DNA from: Carcharhinus amblyrhynchos
Taxonomy: Eukaryota
Direction of reading: 5' to 3'
NCBI GenBank assembly: GCA_965287045.1
Contig: OZ336873.1
Location: 49,786,001-49,850,000 of the forward strand
DNA length: 64,000 nucleotides
Position 1 is the stretch's first letter. Each line of letters starts with the position of its first letter. Position numbers and translations under genes: made by a program. Below are positions 63,321 to 64,000 of the stretch, piece by piece. Under the pieces are notes generated by a model. It made no database searches, was not told the DNA's origin, and saw nothing but the letters and a program-made list of their open reading frames with translations.

Positions 63321-63531
63321 TAAAAAGTCTGACAACACCAGGTTTTAGTCCAACCTATTTATTTGATAATATACTCGCAAGCTTTCGGGTTAGCCCCTTC
63401 GTCAGGTGACGAAGGGGCTAACCCGAAAGCTTGCGAGTATATTATCAAATAAATAGGTTGGACTAAAACCTGGTGTTGTCAGACTTTTTACTGTGTTTAC
63501 GCCAGTCCAACGCCGGCATACCCACATCATG
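63321..63531 (+). mobile_element. Penelope-like family A element forming a perfect palindrome, 13-bp TSD
   Basis: Arms 63320-63404 and 63407-63491 around a 2-nt loop; tcca(g/a)tggcactg at 63308-63320 and 63532-63544. Confidence 0.85.
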
Positions 63532-64000
63532 TCCAATGGCACTGCCAGCGAGGAGCGGCACCAAGACACAGCACCCACAGACATAGATTGCAGACATCCT
63601 GAACACAGCAGGGCCCCATCACAGATGATATTATTTGTGTTGATTATTTTGAAATTTGTGTACAGTTCAGCCACATTCTTTCTTTGCTGCATTGAAAATG
63701 ACATAAACATTGACTTTGTATTAATGAGCTGAGTTGGATTGATGGTTGCAGTAAGTGTCAAGCAGAGGCTTGTAGCTGTATGGTATTGTGTGCAGCTGCA
63801 CTTTGGGGTTGGTCTATTATAATTTTTTGTAAAGAGGAAAGTGCCATTGACAGGAGGAAGAAGCAATGTCTTGGAGAGCCAGCTGAAGGTTCACAAGATC
63901 AAGGAATCCCTGCTGTCCCTGTCTCCCTGCAGGTTCCTCTCATCTGCCTCCAGCCTCATCTCTGCCACCCCAGGCTTCTCACCAGTTCCATCACTGGAAT

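Overview
Eukaryotic, repeat-dense window, most likely from a shark (elasmobranch). That call is inferred from the mix of HE1/V-SINE-like SINEs, Deu-domain SINEs, CR1 and Rex1/Babar-like LINEs, Harbinger and Penelope-like remnants. One host gene is clear: a divergent minus-strand GASK1A/FAM198A-like Golgi kinase-family gene (large coding exon 52585-51524, probable internal exon 37743-37667, last coding exon 26835-26631). Several frame-compatible plus-strand exons (11827-21440) suggest the 3' part of a second, unidentified, convergent gene. Four tandem arrays have 42, 23, 27 and 37 bp units. Most notable: (i) a ~237 bp structured, poly(A)-tailed retroposon with two U2 snRNA fragments in permuted order (54506-54742); (ii) two families of short Penelope-like insertions with minimal hammerhead ribozyme motifs, inverted ends and target-site duplications, including a perfect palindrome with 85 bp arms (63320-63491); (iii) a young CR1 LINE whose 3' end appears to be a captured V-SINE. 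All calls were made by eye without searches, and repeat boundaries are approximate.
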